Assembly (NCBI RefSeq): GCF_001194135.2
Contig: NC_068990.1
Coordinates: 89,360,056-89,424,055 of the forward strand
Origin: Octopus bimaculoides
Lineage: Eukaryota
DNA: 64,000 nucleotides
Direction: 5' to 3'
Positions 54,001-64,000 of the stretch are shown piece after piece; within the stretch, counting starts at the first letter, position 1; each line of letters begins with the position of its first letter. The position numbers were made by a program, and so were the translations under genes. Under the pieces are notes generated by a model that saw nothing but the letters and a program-made list of their open reading frames with translations, ran no database searches and had not been told where the DNA came from.

Positions 54001-55731
54001 AAACCTCTTGCCAAATTTAAGCAAGAGAGAAATAACCAATTCTCAGATCAAATCTCTAATTAAAAATATACAAGGAGGATTAATAAAACCTCAGATTTAC
54101 ACATAATTTCAGATGAAATCCATTACTACAACTCTACAGTAGCAGGCATAAAGAAAAAAATTCTGATTAAATTTCTTTGCTAAAAGTATACAGAAAAAAA
54201 CCTGCAAAAATTGATATCCTTTTAATATTTCAGATTCAAAAAATATTTTCTCAATGATGGTTAGTTTTTTTTTTGTTTCTCTGATTTTTTTAGAGAGAAC
54301 AGTTAAGATGGCATTTGTAGAAGCACCTGCAAAACCTCCACGAGAAGTTCGTCGTAAGCAGTTGAAGTATGGAACAGGGACCATCACTAAGGATGCTTTA
54401 GGCCCATATCGTACATATAAACCGGTTGTCAATAACAAACTTCAGGCTCCCACTGCTGCCTCCCACATCTCTGCAGGTCCTTCTTCAGCGAGAATACAGG
54501 TTTCTCAACAACATCGCAGTAAGTTGACCTTTCTGCTTTATACATTGCGTTGTGCACCGAGCACAGCACCCAGCTTTATACTGTTGCCTAGTCCTTGGGT
54601 TTGTTTAGTGAGATTTATCCTGTTGTAAGTATTCAAATAGAGCGTGAGTGGAAATGCTTTAAAATTGAGAAAAAGTTAACTTATTAATTCACAATACTAA
54701 GTTCAATATTTCTTCTTAGTATAACACAGAGAGGGAGCTTTGTCTGATCAAATCACATTCTATCATCTTGGGGAAGAAAATGGCATTTTGGATAATGTAG
54801 TGCAAGACATATTTCGAAAATGATGGTCATGACTGGAATGCCTTAGATCATAGTTCTGTTCTGTCAAGACTGGTTTGTGGCTGGAGAAAGATGAGTTCTG
54901 TCTCTTTTGCCCTACACACACTAATTGAAGACCTATGTATTTAGTGGTGTCCCTATTGATTTAATATGGTATGGGGCCTTTCAGTTGCTGCTGTTGTCGT
55001 CATCTGTTACCTGTCTAACTGTTTGTCTGCTTTTCCATTCTGGCATGGATTGGACAACTTTTCTGAAACAGTTTTTGTACGACTAAATGCCTTTCCTCTT
55101 GACAATCCATTTTATTGCCTCTGACAAGTAACTGGTGTACTTCTTCAACTGGTTTACACAGTTACCAAAGGGAAAATTGGTTTGTCTATAAAGTTCAGAC
55201 TTTTGAAGAAATATTTCTCTCCCTTTAAAATATCCAAAGAAATATTTCCAATTTCGAAGAAATATCTTTTAAGTAAGAGAGATATTTCCTTAACAACAGT
55301 TATAATTTATAAGAAAGCTGTTCTGACAATTTACGAAGTAAACACCACAAGTCAGAGACGCACATTAGGTCACTCTCTCCATCAAATCAACATTGTCTGA
55401 ACAGGTGGTGCACAGGTGTACCTCACGTCAGGTGTCAAGGTGATTGTAGAGCAACGTGAGGTGAAGTGTTTTGCTCAAGAACACAACACACCACCCGGTC
55501 TAGGAATTGAAATCATGATCTTGCGGTCGTGAGTCCAACTCCCTAATCACTATATATGTGTGTGTGTGTGTGTGTGTTTGTGAATGTTCTTTTTGCTTCT
55601 TAATTGGATATTATTGTTTGTTCATATACGACAACTATATCTACATGTTTCTTTCCATTTCAGCCACAAAAGTCATTGCACCAATGATGCAGAAGACAAT
55701 GAAAATGATTAAAAAGATGCAGAGACGATGA
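40148..55731 (+). CDS. ELOA: Elongin A (RNA Pol II elongation factor / Cul5 substrate receptor), 572 aa, 11 exons
   Basis: Exons 40148-40222, 44904-44960, 46727-47488, 48461-48572, 49945-50031, 50921-50974, 51804-51901, 52496-52597, 53245-53323, 54294-54518, 55664-55731 sum to 1719 nt in one frame. TFIIS-N domain ([32 protein letters not shown]), Ser/Lys-rich linker, BC-box [33 protein letters not shown]-terminus [18 protein letters not shown]. Confidence 0.96.
41850..42290 (-). mobile_element. R4/Dong-like non-LTR retrotransposon, restriction-like endonuclease fragment
   Basis: [64 protein letters not shown] matches the RHD / NRPD / K..KY RLE pattern, frameshifted. Confidence 0.8.
42615..42960 (+). 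mobile_element. Old RTE-clade LINE fragment
   Basis: [46 protein letters not shown], frameshifted. Confidence 0.65.
43060..44080 (+). mobile_element. 5'-truncated RTE LINE with 3' UTR and (GAT)n tail
   Basis: [43 protein letters not shown], then a 3' UTR ending caacccatgccagcatgg..aatgatgatgatgatgat. Short 3'-end copies occur at about 2632, 3085, 9180, 12860, 32380, 42355, 47880, 51198 and 59255. Confidence 0.85.
44123..44530 (+). mobile_element. Full-length tRNA-derived SINE (family A), well-preserved copy
   Basis: Head ggctgtgtggtaagtagcttgc..gggttcagtccc, core cttgggcaagtg.cttctactatagc, tail gactgaaacaagtaaaagagtaaaagag. Partial copies at about 1638, 6580, 10940, 34790, 58735, 59545, 59750 and 61701. 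Confidence 0.85.
47551..47711 (-). mobile_element. 5'-truncated copy of the hammerhead-bearing element, core mutated
   Basis: Same tail (acagttctatat..gagatgag..tttacatttgacggatatttgtcc). Core reads CCUGGUAUGA..CAGCCAAAACAUU, so CUGA and GAAA are both broken. Confidence 0.8.
49100..49420 (+). mobile_element. Decayed R4/Dong-like RT fragment
   Basis: tggcttgatacaaagaggcatttaattctattcatcactca reads [13 protein letters not shown] with one frameshift, resembling WLDYKKAFDSVPHS. Confidence 0.4.
52915..53095. repeat. Degenerate (CA)n/(CAGA)n tract
   Basis: Direct observation; it explains spurious CV-rich ORFs. Confidence 0.9.
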
Positions 55732-56451
55732 AAAGAAAAAAAAACCCCACTTGAAAAGAATGATTATGACAAAATCATTTGCCCTTAATATTTTTTCTCA
55801 AGTTTTTATTTTAATTCTAACTTCACGCCCTCTCTCTTCTTACTCTCTTCAAATCCCTCGTCACATTTTAAATTATCATTTACCTAATTTATATAAGTTT
55901 TTTTTATAATTTCTATATAAAATTGTATAATAATATTTTTCTGATTTAAAAAAGAATCAAATTTTTTCTTTCTTTCTGTTTTTTTTTTGTAACTGGAACT
56001 CTTGAAAATGNNNNNNNNNNNNNNNNNNNNNNNNNNNNNNNNNNNNNNNNNNNNNNNNNNNNNNNNNNNNNNNNNNNNNNNNNNNNNNNNNNNNNNNNNN
56101 NNNNNNNNNNNNNNNNNNNNNNNNNNNNNNNNNNNNNNNNNNNNNNNNNNNNNNNNNNNNNNNNNNNNNNNNNNNNNNNNNNNNNNNNNNNNNNNNNNNN
56201 NNNNNNNNNNNNNNNNNNNNNNNNNNNNNNNNNNNNNNNNNNNNNNNNNNNGGGCCTGCTATAAATTATCATTAATACCATTATTGAGAATGGAACAAAG
56301 AAGTGTTAAGCTCCTGGCAAGGCAAGTCAAGTGGTTTGGTTTCAATTCCTAGCCAAAGCCAGCTTACTTATGCCATTAACATCTTTGATAAACACATTAA
56401 CATCACCTCCTCCCTTCCTCCAAAAGTTGCAGCCTCGTGGGTAAGTTAATG

Positions 56452-56489
<38 letters not shown>

Positions 56490-57538
56490 AATAAGGATGG
56501 TGGATAGCAGAGGTCTGTGGAACAGTGGGGGACAAAATGCCATACAGTTATGACCCTTCATGTTCTTAGTTTAAATCTCTCTGGGTTTGGCCTAGCCTTT
56601 CTTTCTTTTAAGGGGTTGAAGTAAGTACTAGTCAAACACAGAGGTCAGTGGAATCAACTGTTCCCTTGCTTCCAAATTTCTGGTCATGTGCCTCTGTTAA
56701 AAACCATCTTCCCCTTCCTCAGCATCATCCTCATTGTCATTATTAAATTTGAAATATGCAAATTATGATAAGAATTATGTAAATATAATTTACATCAAAG
56801 GCCGGTCTCCAGCTTCTTTACAGTGAGCTGTCATACTTTATTAGCATTTCAACAAGCTAACCACATATTTAGATTCTCAGTCTGAAAGAAAGACATTCTC
56901 CCCTTTTTTCTTATAGTGCCAAAGATCACATGACAGAAATTCTATGAAATTGACTAGTCAACGAGAAGGGGTATTGGGTGGTATAACATCCTACATCAGT
57001 GCTTTGTCTTTAATGAATGGCACTGCAGTCACATTGTCCAGACACAGTCTGTTGGCATTGAAAACATTTGATGGTTGTTTTATTTTTAAATTCCTTGTTG
57101 GGTAGTGGATTGGTAGAATCATTAGGAGCATTGGACAAAATTCTTTGCAGTATTTAATTACGACTTTTTACATTCTGAGTTCAAGTCTTACTATGGTTAA
57201 CTTTGCGTTTCATCTTTCTGTGGGTTGATAAAAGTAAAGTACCAGTTGTCTTTCTGGTGTGTGACAAAATAACTAAGATTCAGGTATCCCATAAAACTGT
57301 GGCCTTGATCATATGTCAGAAACAACTGGCAAACTGACAGAATTATTTGTACATCAAGTAAAAATGCTTAGTAACATTTCTTCTGGTTGTTTATGTTTTA
57401 AGTTCAAATGCTGCCGAGTTTGACTTTGCCTTTCGTCCTTTGAGGCTCAATAAAATAAATACCAGTTGGAACATTGGGTCGATGTAATTGACCAATCCTA
57501 TCCCCCAAATTTCAAATCTTGTTCTTATTTTAGAAACA

Positions 57539-57571
<33 letters not shown>

Positions 57572-57573
57572 GA

Positions 57574-58115
57574 GTGAGAGAGCAGTGCATGCCATCAAAG
57601 TGACACTGGGGTACAAATATACGAAGCCCAATATATCCATCATGACTACCCATCTGATAAGGGTACACCAGGCACATGCATCACAGCCATACGTGTGTGA
57701 CATGCTGATCTAATATCAAGGTAAACAGTGCATGACCTTACGGGTGGGGGCCCAGTTAGAATTTTCTTCAGGTTGAGCCTGTCCCACTCAAAAGGTCCCT
57801 TTTGAGTTTGTTTAAGGCTGATGAATAAAACACCTGTTTCCAGAGGTGAATTACTTAAACCCCAAAGAATTCCTCTCCACACATGGCTATGATGCTCTCT
57901 CACTACTCCTGCTTGTGGTCAGTGATGCACATATCGTCAGCCACCAAGGGACATGCTCAACTGGTTAAGGTCAAACAACTGACAAACAAATCTGTGGTAT
58001 TGAGCAGAATATTTGCTGTAGCCCATTTTTTATACCAAGACAAAACAATGTACATGATAACACTTATAATTAGTTAAGATCCGAACCATGAGAGCCACTG
58101 CTTGGTACTGCTGCT
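57574..58115. repeat. Unclassified about 540-bp element next to (ATT)n
   Basis: Complex, higher-GC block bounded by (ATT)n and (GCT/GTT)n tracts; no ORF of note. Repetitive status is inferred, with no second copy in the window. Confidence 0.3.
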
Positions 58116-59161
58116 GCTGCTGTTGCTGTTGCTGTTGTTGTTGTTGTTGTTGAGGAAGAGGAGGAGGTGGTGAGCTGGCAGAATCGTTAGCACACTGGAT
58201 GAAATGTTTAGCGATGTTTCACCTGTTGCTACCTTCTGAGTTCAAATTCTCCTAAGGTAGACTTTGCCTTTAATCCTTTCAAGATTGATAAATTAAGTAC
58301 CAGTGAAACACTGGGGTCGATGTAATCAACTTACCCCTGCCTTGTGCCTATAGTAGAATAGATTATTATTATTATTATTATTAAAGTGATGAGCTGGCAG
58401 AATCATTAGACACACACATGCGCACACACATGCACACACACATGCACATACACACACACACACACACGTATATATATATATATTGTATACAATGGACTTC
58501 CACACAGTTTCCACCAACCACATTCTTTTCTACTCTAGGCACAAGGCCTGAAATTCTTGGGAAGGGGGCCAGTCGATTAGATCGACCCCAGTACGCAACT
58601 GGTACTTAATTTATCAACCCTGAAAAGATGAAAGGCAAAGTCAACCTCAATGGAATTTGAACTCGGAATGTAAAGACAGACGAAATACTGCTCAGCATCT
58701 CGCCCGTCATGCTAACATTTCTGGCAGCTCGCAGCCTTTCCATCAACCACATTCACTCACAGGGCATTGGTCAGTCTAGGACTATAGTAGAAGACACTTG
58801 CCCAAGGTGCTGCACAGTGGGACTGAACCCAAAACACTGCCATTTCAAAGTGAGCCTTGTAATGTACACATGCATTCCTTTGTTAAAATTCTGTGATCAA
58901 ATCTTGCTTTGGCTGACTATTTTTTTTTTGAGAAGCATGGAAGCAACAAAGTCAGTTTTTGTGAACTTTGAACATAGAATGTGAAAGGTTTGAACTAGGA
59001 ATCTGCAGACTTTAAATCTGGTGCTCAACTGATCTTGTGGGTTTCTCGCTTGAACTGCACAGATGAACTTACAACATAGTGACATAGGGTGTAAGGGGCT
59101 GAGCCACTTACTAGCTTGTAGTTCTTGTTCAAATACACTGTGAGCATTTTATTTTGTATTA

Positions 59162-59260
59162 CATCATCGTCATCATCACCATCATCATCGTCATCATCAC
59201 TATCATCATCGTCGTCACCACCATCATCGCCATCATCTTCATCATCATCATCATCATCAT
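59162..59260. repeat. (CAT)n-type trinucleotide tract (also 18056-18200, 56452-56489)
   Basis: Direct observation; this is the expanded tail of the adjacent minus-strand RTE fragment. Confidence 0.9.
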
Positions 59261-60989
59261 TGTTTTAACGTTCGCTTTTCCATGTTTGCATGGGTCAGGT
59301 GGAATTCGTTAAGGCACATTCTCTACGGCCGGATGCTCTTCCTGTTATCAAACCTCATCTGTTTCCAAGCAAGATAATATTTCCCCATGGCCATGCATGT
59401 TTCTATGGAATATTGGAAATTAACAACACTGCTAGTATGACAGTGACACTTGTTTACAACTATCATGCAATGTCAAGGCACAAAACACACACATACACAC
59501 ACACATACACGCATGCTTACAGACATATGTATATAGGACAGGCTTCTTTCAATATCCATCTACCAAATTCCCATACAAGGCTTTGGTCAGTCCTGGGGCT
59601 ATATTAGAAGGCATTTGCTGATGGTGCCATGCAGTTGGATTGAACCTGAAACTACATGGTTGGGAAGTGAACTTCTTAACCACACAACCATGCCGACACC
59701 TAACACATCTCAGCATATAGAAGTAGGTATTAGCATATGTGCCACAGCATGGCCACATTGTTAAGAAGTTTACTTGGTAACTGCATAGTTTCAGGTTCAA
59801 TACCACTGCATGTCACCCTAAGCAAGTGACTTCTTCTCTAACCTAGTTTTGATCAATGTTTTGTGAGTGAAATTTGGTTGACAGGAACCATTTGGTAAAC
59901 CATCAGGAGGGATTGATTTTCATCTTCCGTACTGGACTTCATTACTTGGTTGTTGGGTGTCTCCAGTAGAGCACCCATTGCTACAAGTACTGGCAGCCTC
60001 TGCATTAGGGGAAGAAGGTGTTCTAGAAGATCTTGCTAAAACATAGAATTGAGCATTAAGCCTATTTTCTATTGACCTCCATGTTACATGGGCATCAATG
60101 GACATTGAAGCTAATGTTTAATGTAACAAAATTCTGTATTATGGTAGGATTTTCAGGAAAAACAGCACTTCTATAATAGAAGATGCTTATATTTGGGACA
60201 GATCTCTGGTCCGAGGATAATTTTCTCTTTTGTTTCCACTCATCATGGAGGCCCCGAAGAAAGGTCACGAACTCTCCCCTTCCTCTTACTAAATCGTTAA
60301 AAAAAAACCCTTCATCTCTTCCTCCCAGATGGACTGGTGTTGTTATCAAGAGGAAGGTTTATCTTATGGATTGTTCAGTGTCACAAAAGCTTGTGTGTCC
60401 CAAGGGCTACTTAGCTGTGTTTTTGAGATTCTGTTATGAGAAGACATGCAGAAATAAAGACAACAATAGTAGCTAAATACATAATGTTATTATTGGCTTT
60501 CATGTCACTGAAGACTGGGTCTTTGGAATCGTTTATACCACATCCCTGGCTATATCATCCATTAATTCCTGCCAGGCCCTCAGTTAATAATATTTAGGCT
60601 CTTGTATCGTAAAAGTTTAAAGAAATAAAAGACATTTTTTTTTAGTCTGAATATGTAGATGGCATTGCAAGTGAGAGGCGTGAAACATCTCAACCAGTCA
60701 TAAATAAATAAAAATTCAAGTAAAATAGAAGAAAAAATAGTTTTCTTTTTTTTNNNNNNNNNNNNNNNNNNNNNNNNNNNNNNNNNNNNNNNNNNNNNNN
60801 NNNNNNNNNNNNNNNNNNNNNNNNNNNNNNNNNNNNNNNNNNNNNNNNNNNNNNNNNNNNNNNNNNNNNNNNNNNNNNNNNNNNNNNNNNNNNNNNNNNN
60901 NNNNNNNNNNNNNNNNNNNNNNNNNNNNNNNNNNNNNNNNNNNNNNNNNNNNNNNNNNNNNNNNNNNNNNNNNNNNNNNNNNNNNNNNC

Positions 60990-61622
60990 GATCCCAGTCG
61001 GAGTCGATGCGTGACCTGGGTATCCACACGAGTAATGATGCATCATTCTATGTGCATATTACCAAGATGGCAACACTGTGCAGGCGAGCGGCTGAATGGA
61101 TTCTGAAATCCTGCAGAACCATGAAAAACGATACCATGCTACTCCAATGGAGAACTTTCGCTCCCAGTCGTCTGGATTATTGCTCCCAACTGTTGTTACA
61201 GCAGAGCGTCGAACTGGGGGCAGAACTTGAGGCACTTCAGCGCCACAAAGAAGGTTGACCAAGGTGAAACAGATGCGGTACCGGGAGAGGCCACAAGAAC
61301 TGAAACTCTGTTCTCTCTCCCTTGAGAGATACGAAAGATATGCAGAAACGGAAGATCCGGGAAGGTCTAGCTCAAAGCTATAGCATCCAGCAAACTGGAC
61401 GGCACTGCATAGTACCAAAGATTCCGTCTGGAATAAGGACCCAGTACTATAACAGCTTGAGTTCCAAGGGTCCACAGCTTTTCAACATTCTGCTAAACAA
61501 CTTGAGAGATTTGCGAGGTGTAGATGAGGAGGCCTTCAAAGAGCGCCTGGACAAACTTTAATCTGAGAAACCAGATGAGCCCACGTTGTGGCAGGAGGCA
61601 TAAAGAAGAGCTGCGCTGTCCA
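60990..61622 (+). mobile_element. CR1-group LINE 3' fragment
   Basis: MRDLGIHTSNDASFYVHI..RTFAPSRLDYCSQL, ELEALQR, YYNSLSSKGPQLFNILLNNLRDLRGVDEEAFKERLDKL; frameshifted and bounded by N gaps. Confidence 0.8.
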
Positions 61623-61848
61623 NNNNNNNNNNTGAAAGAGAACTAATCACACTAAACGTAATGCCTCAGCCTCTGCTTGAAATCAGTGAAAAGTAAAAGA
61701 TGTGGCTGTGTGGTAAGAAGCTTGCTTCCCAACCACATGGTTCCGGGTTCAGTCCCACTGTGTGGAACCTTGAGTAAGTGTCTTCTACTATAGCCTCAGA
61801 CCGATCAAAACCTTGTGAGTGGATTTGGTAGACTGAAACTGAAAGAAG

Positions 61849-62765
61849 ACGAGTGATTGGTAAGAGCTGTACAAGCCCTGTACAGGTATGCTGTCAGTAA
61901 GGTGAGGGTTGGCAACGAGTATAGTGAAGAATTCTGGGTAGAAGTAGGGGTTCACCAAAGATCAGTCCTCAGCCCCCTCTTATTCATTATAGCCCTCCAG
62001 GTAATAAAGGAATTCAAGATAGGCTACCCCTGGGAGCTCCTCTATGCTGATGACCTTGCTCTAATAGCCGAGTCACTGCCAGAACTAGAGACGAAGTTTA
62101 GAGTGCAGAAGCAAGGTCTAGAATCGAAGGGCTTTAGGACTAACCTAGCAAAAACCAAAGTCTTAGTAAGTAGGAAGGCTGACAAATCATAAACCCCTTC
62201 AGGTAGATGGCCCTGCTCGATCTGTAGAAAAGGCGTGGGTACGATGTACCCGTTGCAAGCTATGGACACAAAAGGTGCAGCAATATCAAAGGAAGGTTAA
62301 CCGAGAAGATAGTTTTTGTATGTGGCAGGTGCACAGGGGCAATGAGCACTGAAGTTGTACAGAAAACAGATTCCACCACATGCCAGGGGGAAAAACTAGA
62401 AGTAGTTGATAGCTTCCGCTATATAGGCGACCAAGTCTGTAGTGGGGGTGGTTGCTCTGAGAGTGTAGTGGCTAGAATAAGAATAACCTGGGCAAAGTTC
62501 AGAGAGCTCCTACCTCTGTTGGTAACAAAGAACCTCTCATTCAGATTGAAAGGCAGACTGTATGATGCCTGTGTGCGAACAGTCATACTGCATGGCAGTG
62601 AAATATGGGGTGTGACTGCTGAGGACATGCGTAGGCTTGAAAGAAATAAAGCTAGTATGATCCGCTGGATGTGTAATGTCTGTGTGCATACGTGACAGTG
62701 TGTGAGCGCCCTGAGAGAAAAGTTGGACATAAGAAGCCACGAATATTGCATGAAGAAGCGAGAGA
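61849..62765 (+). mobile_element. RTE LINE reverse-transcriptase fragment (stops and frameshifts)
   Basis: VEVGVHQRSVLSPLLFII, WELLYADDLALIAES, LEVVDSFRYIGD, KGRLYDACVRTVILHGSEIW, RRLERNKASMIRWMC. Confidence 0.92.
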
Positions 62766-62819
62766 CGAGATTGCCTTTCATCCTTTCGGGGTCGATAAAT
62801 TAAGTACCAGTTACGCACC

Positions 62820-63690
62820 AGTTACACACATCAAACTACCTAGAGAATCTTCCTACCTTTGGTCCTCACCTATCTCGCATCTCTTGGTTCGGTAACATTC
62901 TTTCTGTTCGCCCTGTTGCCACATGAGTTGACGGATTTCTCTCTGTCCCTCGTTCTCTCAGTTTCTGTATGACCCAGGATTCGGTTTTGTCTCTAATTCT
63001 CTTCCTTCCACACAACTTGCTGCCACATCTAACAACATCCACTGTTATGCAGATGGCACTGTCTTTCAATCCTCCCCAACATGACCAGTCACACAACACC
63101 AACTCGCAACTTAGACACACGACAAACCCAATCTATGAGCAAAGACCTTGAAAGCTTCCGCCAATGGGAATTTGTTAATCTTGTCTCTTTTAACAGCAAG
63201 AAAATAAGCATTGTAGCTGTGGAGGAAACATCAACGCACCACAGCCACCTTAATATAAACAGCACTCAACTAGAGCTCTCAGAAGCGCATACCCTCACTA
63301 AAGACCTCTTCTGGTTAAAGTACATCCTTAACATAACTGGAACAGTATTCCTCCGAGTGGCTCTTCTCTTTATGACTAGAAGGTACTTTAGTCTCCTTCA
63401 ATTATTGAGACTTAACAAGAGGTCAAGTGAGGTTTAAATGCTCTAACTTCTTGGACGGTGTTGCTGTTCTACGCACAGATATCTTAGATACAACTAAAAA
63501 AGGGTCATTGACATAAAGTCGCTCACATGCAAGACACAGCCTCTGATCCTCAGGTTCGCTGATGCCTTTTTCTGCCATTGCTTATCGCTACTAATGACCT
63601 CTACCCGTCGGAGTTGGCTGGATTCATGCCATCTCCAGTCAAGCATTCCTATCCTACTCGTCTCTCTTCTCAGCAGCATTTGTTGTGTCC
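62820..63690 (+). mobile_element. Decayed CR1-group LINE RT fragment
   Basis: TQDSVLSLILFL (PQGSVL), NIHCYADGT (YADD), SKDLESFRQW..NLVSFNSKK. Confidence 0.7.
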
Positions 63691-63718
63691 GCATATGTAC
63701 AATATATATTTAGTCTAA

Positions 63719-63932
63719 GGCAGCGAGCTGAGAGAAACGTTAGTACGCCGTGCGAAATGCTTAGTAGTATTTTGTCTGTCTTTACGTTCTGAGTTCAAAT
63801 TCCGCCGAGGTCAACTTTGCCTCTCATCCTTTCGGGGTCGATAAATTAAGTATCAGTTGTATACTGGGATCGATCTAATCAACTGGTCCCCTCCCCCAAA
63901 ATTTCGGGCCTTGTGCCTAGAGTAGAAAAGAA
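63719..63932 (+). mobile_element. tRNA-derived SINE (family B), near-complete
   Basis: ggcagcgagctg..gagttcaaattcc (B box)..catcctttcggggtcgataaattaagta..gggccttgtgcct tail. Other copies at about 5220, 11370, 14270, 18960, 26070, 57110-57540, 58170 and 58530. Confidence 0.85.
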
Positions 63933-63941
63933 TATATATGC

Positions 63942-64000
63942 ACAGTTCTATATTTAGCAGATGAGGAATTATGTACATTATTTACATTATTTACATTTGA
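63942..64000 (-). mobile_element. 3' tail of another copy of the same element, cut by the window edge
   Basis: acagttctatatttagcagatgaggaattatgtacattatttacattatttacatttga matches the tails at 47551 and 33846-33888. Confidence 0.7.

Noticed and set aside
59920-60430. Terminal exons of an independent minus-strand gene
   Set aside because: The candidate exon 60430-60290 has stops in all frames, and the region is homologous to two other decayed copies in the window, so it is treated as a repeat.

Overview
AT-rich, microsatellite- and SINE/LINE-dense animal genomic DNA with N-gaps. The repeat families and the style of the C2H2 array suggest a coleoid cephalopod, probably Octopus (inference, not a database match). 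I assembled five genes by hand from GT-AG sites with consistent phases: FDX2-like ferredoxin (+, 1992-6363, first exon not found), a single-coding-exon C2H2 zinc-finger gene (-, 7416-8690), a UBE2U-like E2 gene almost absent from the ORF track (-, 14526-21060), a ZGLP1-like GATA-type factor (+, 26435-36442) and Elongin A (+, 40148-55731, 11 exons, 572 aa). Highlights: (1) the UBE2U-like protein has Gln instead of the catalytic Cys yet keeps an intact frame and splice sites, so it looks like a pseudo-E2; (2) a 502-bp insertion with a 12-bp target-site duplication carries a tRNA-like head and two inverted Penelope-type minimal hammerhead ribozyme motifs; (3) FDX2 lies upstream of ZGLP1 on the same strand, as in human; (4) an RTE reverse transcriptase carries a PHD-like finger inserted after YADD. 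All coordinates were counted by eye; repeat boundaries are approximate.
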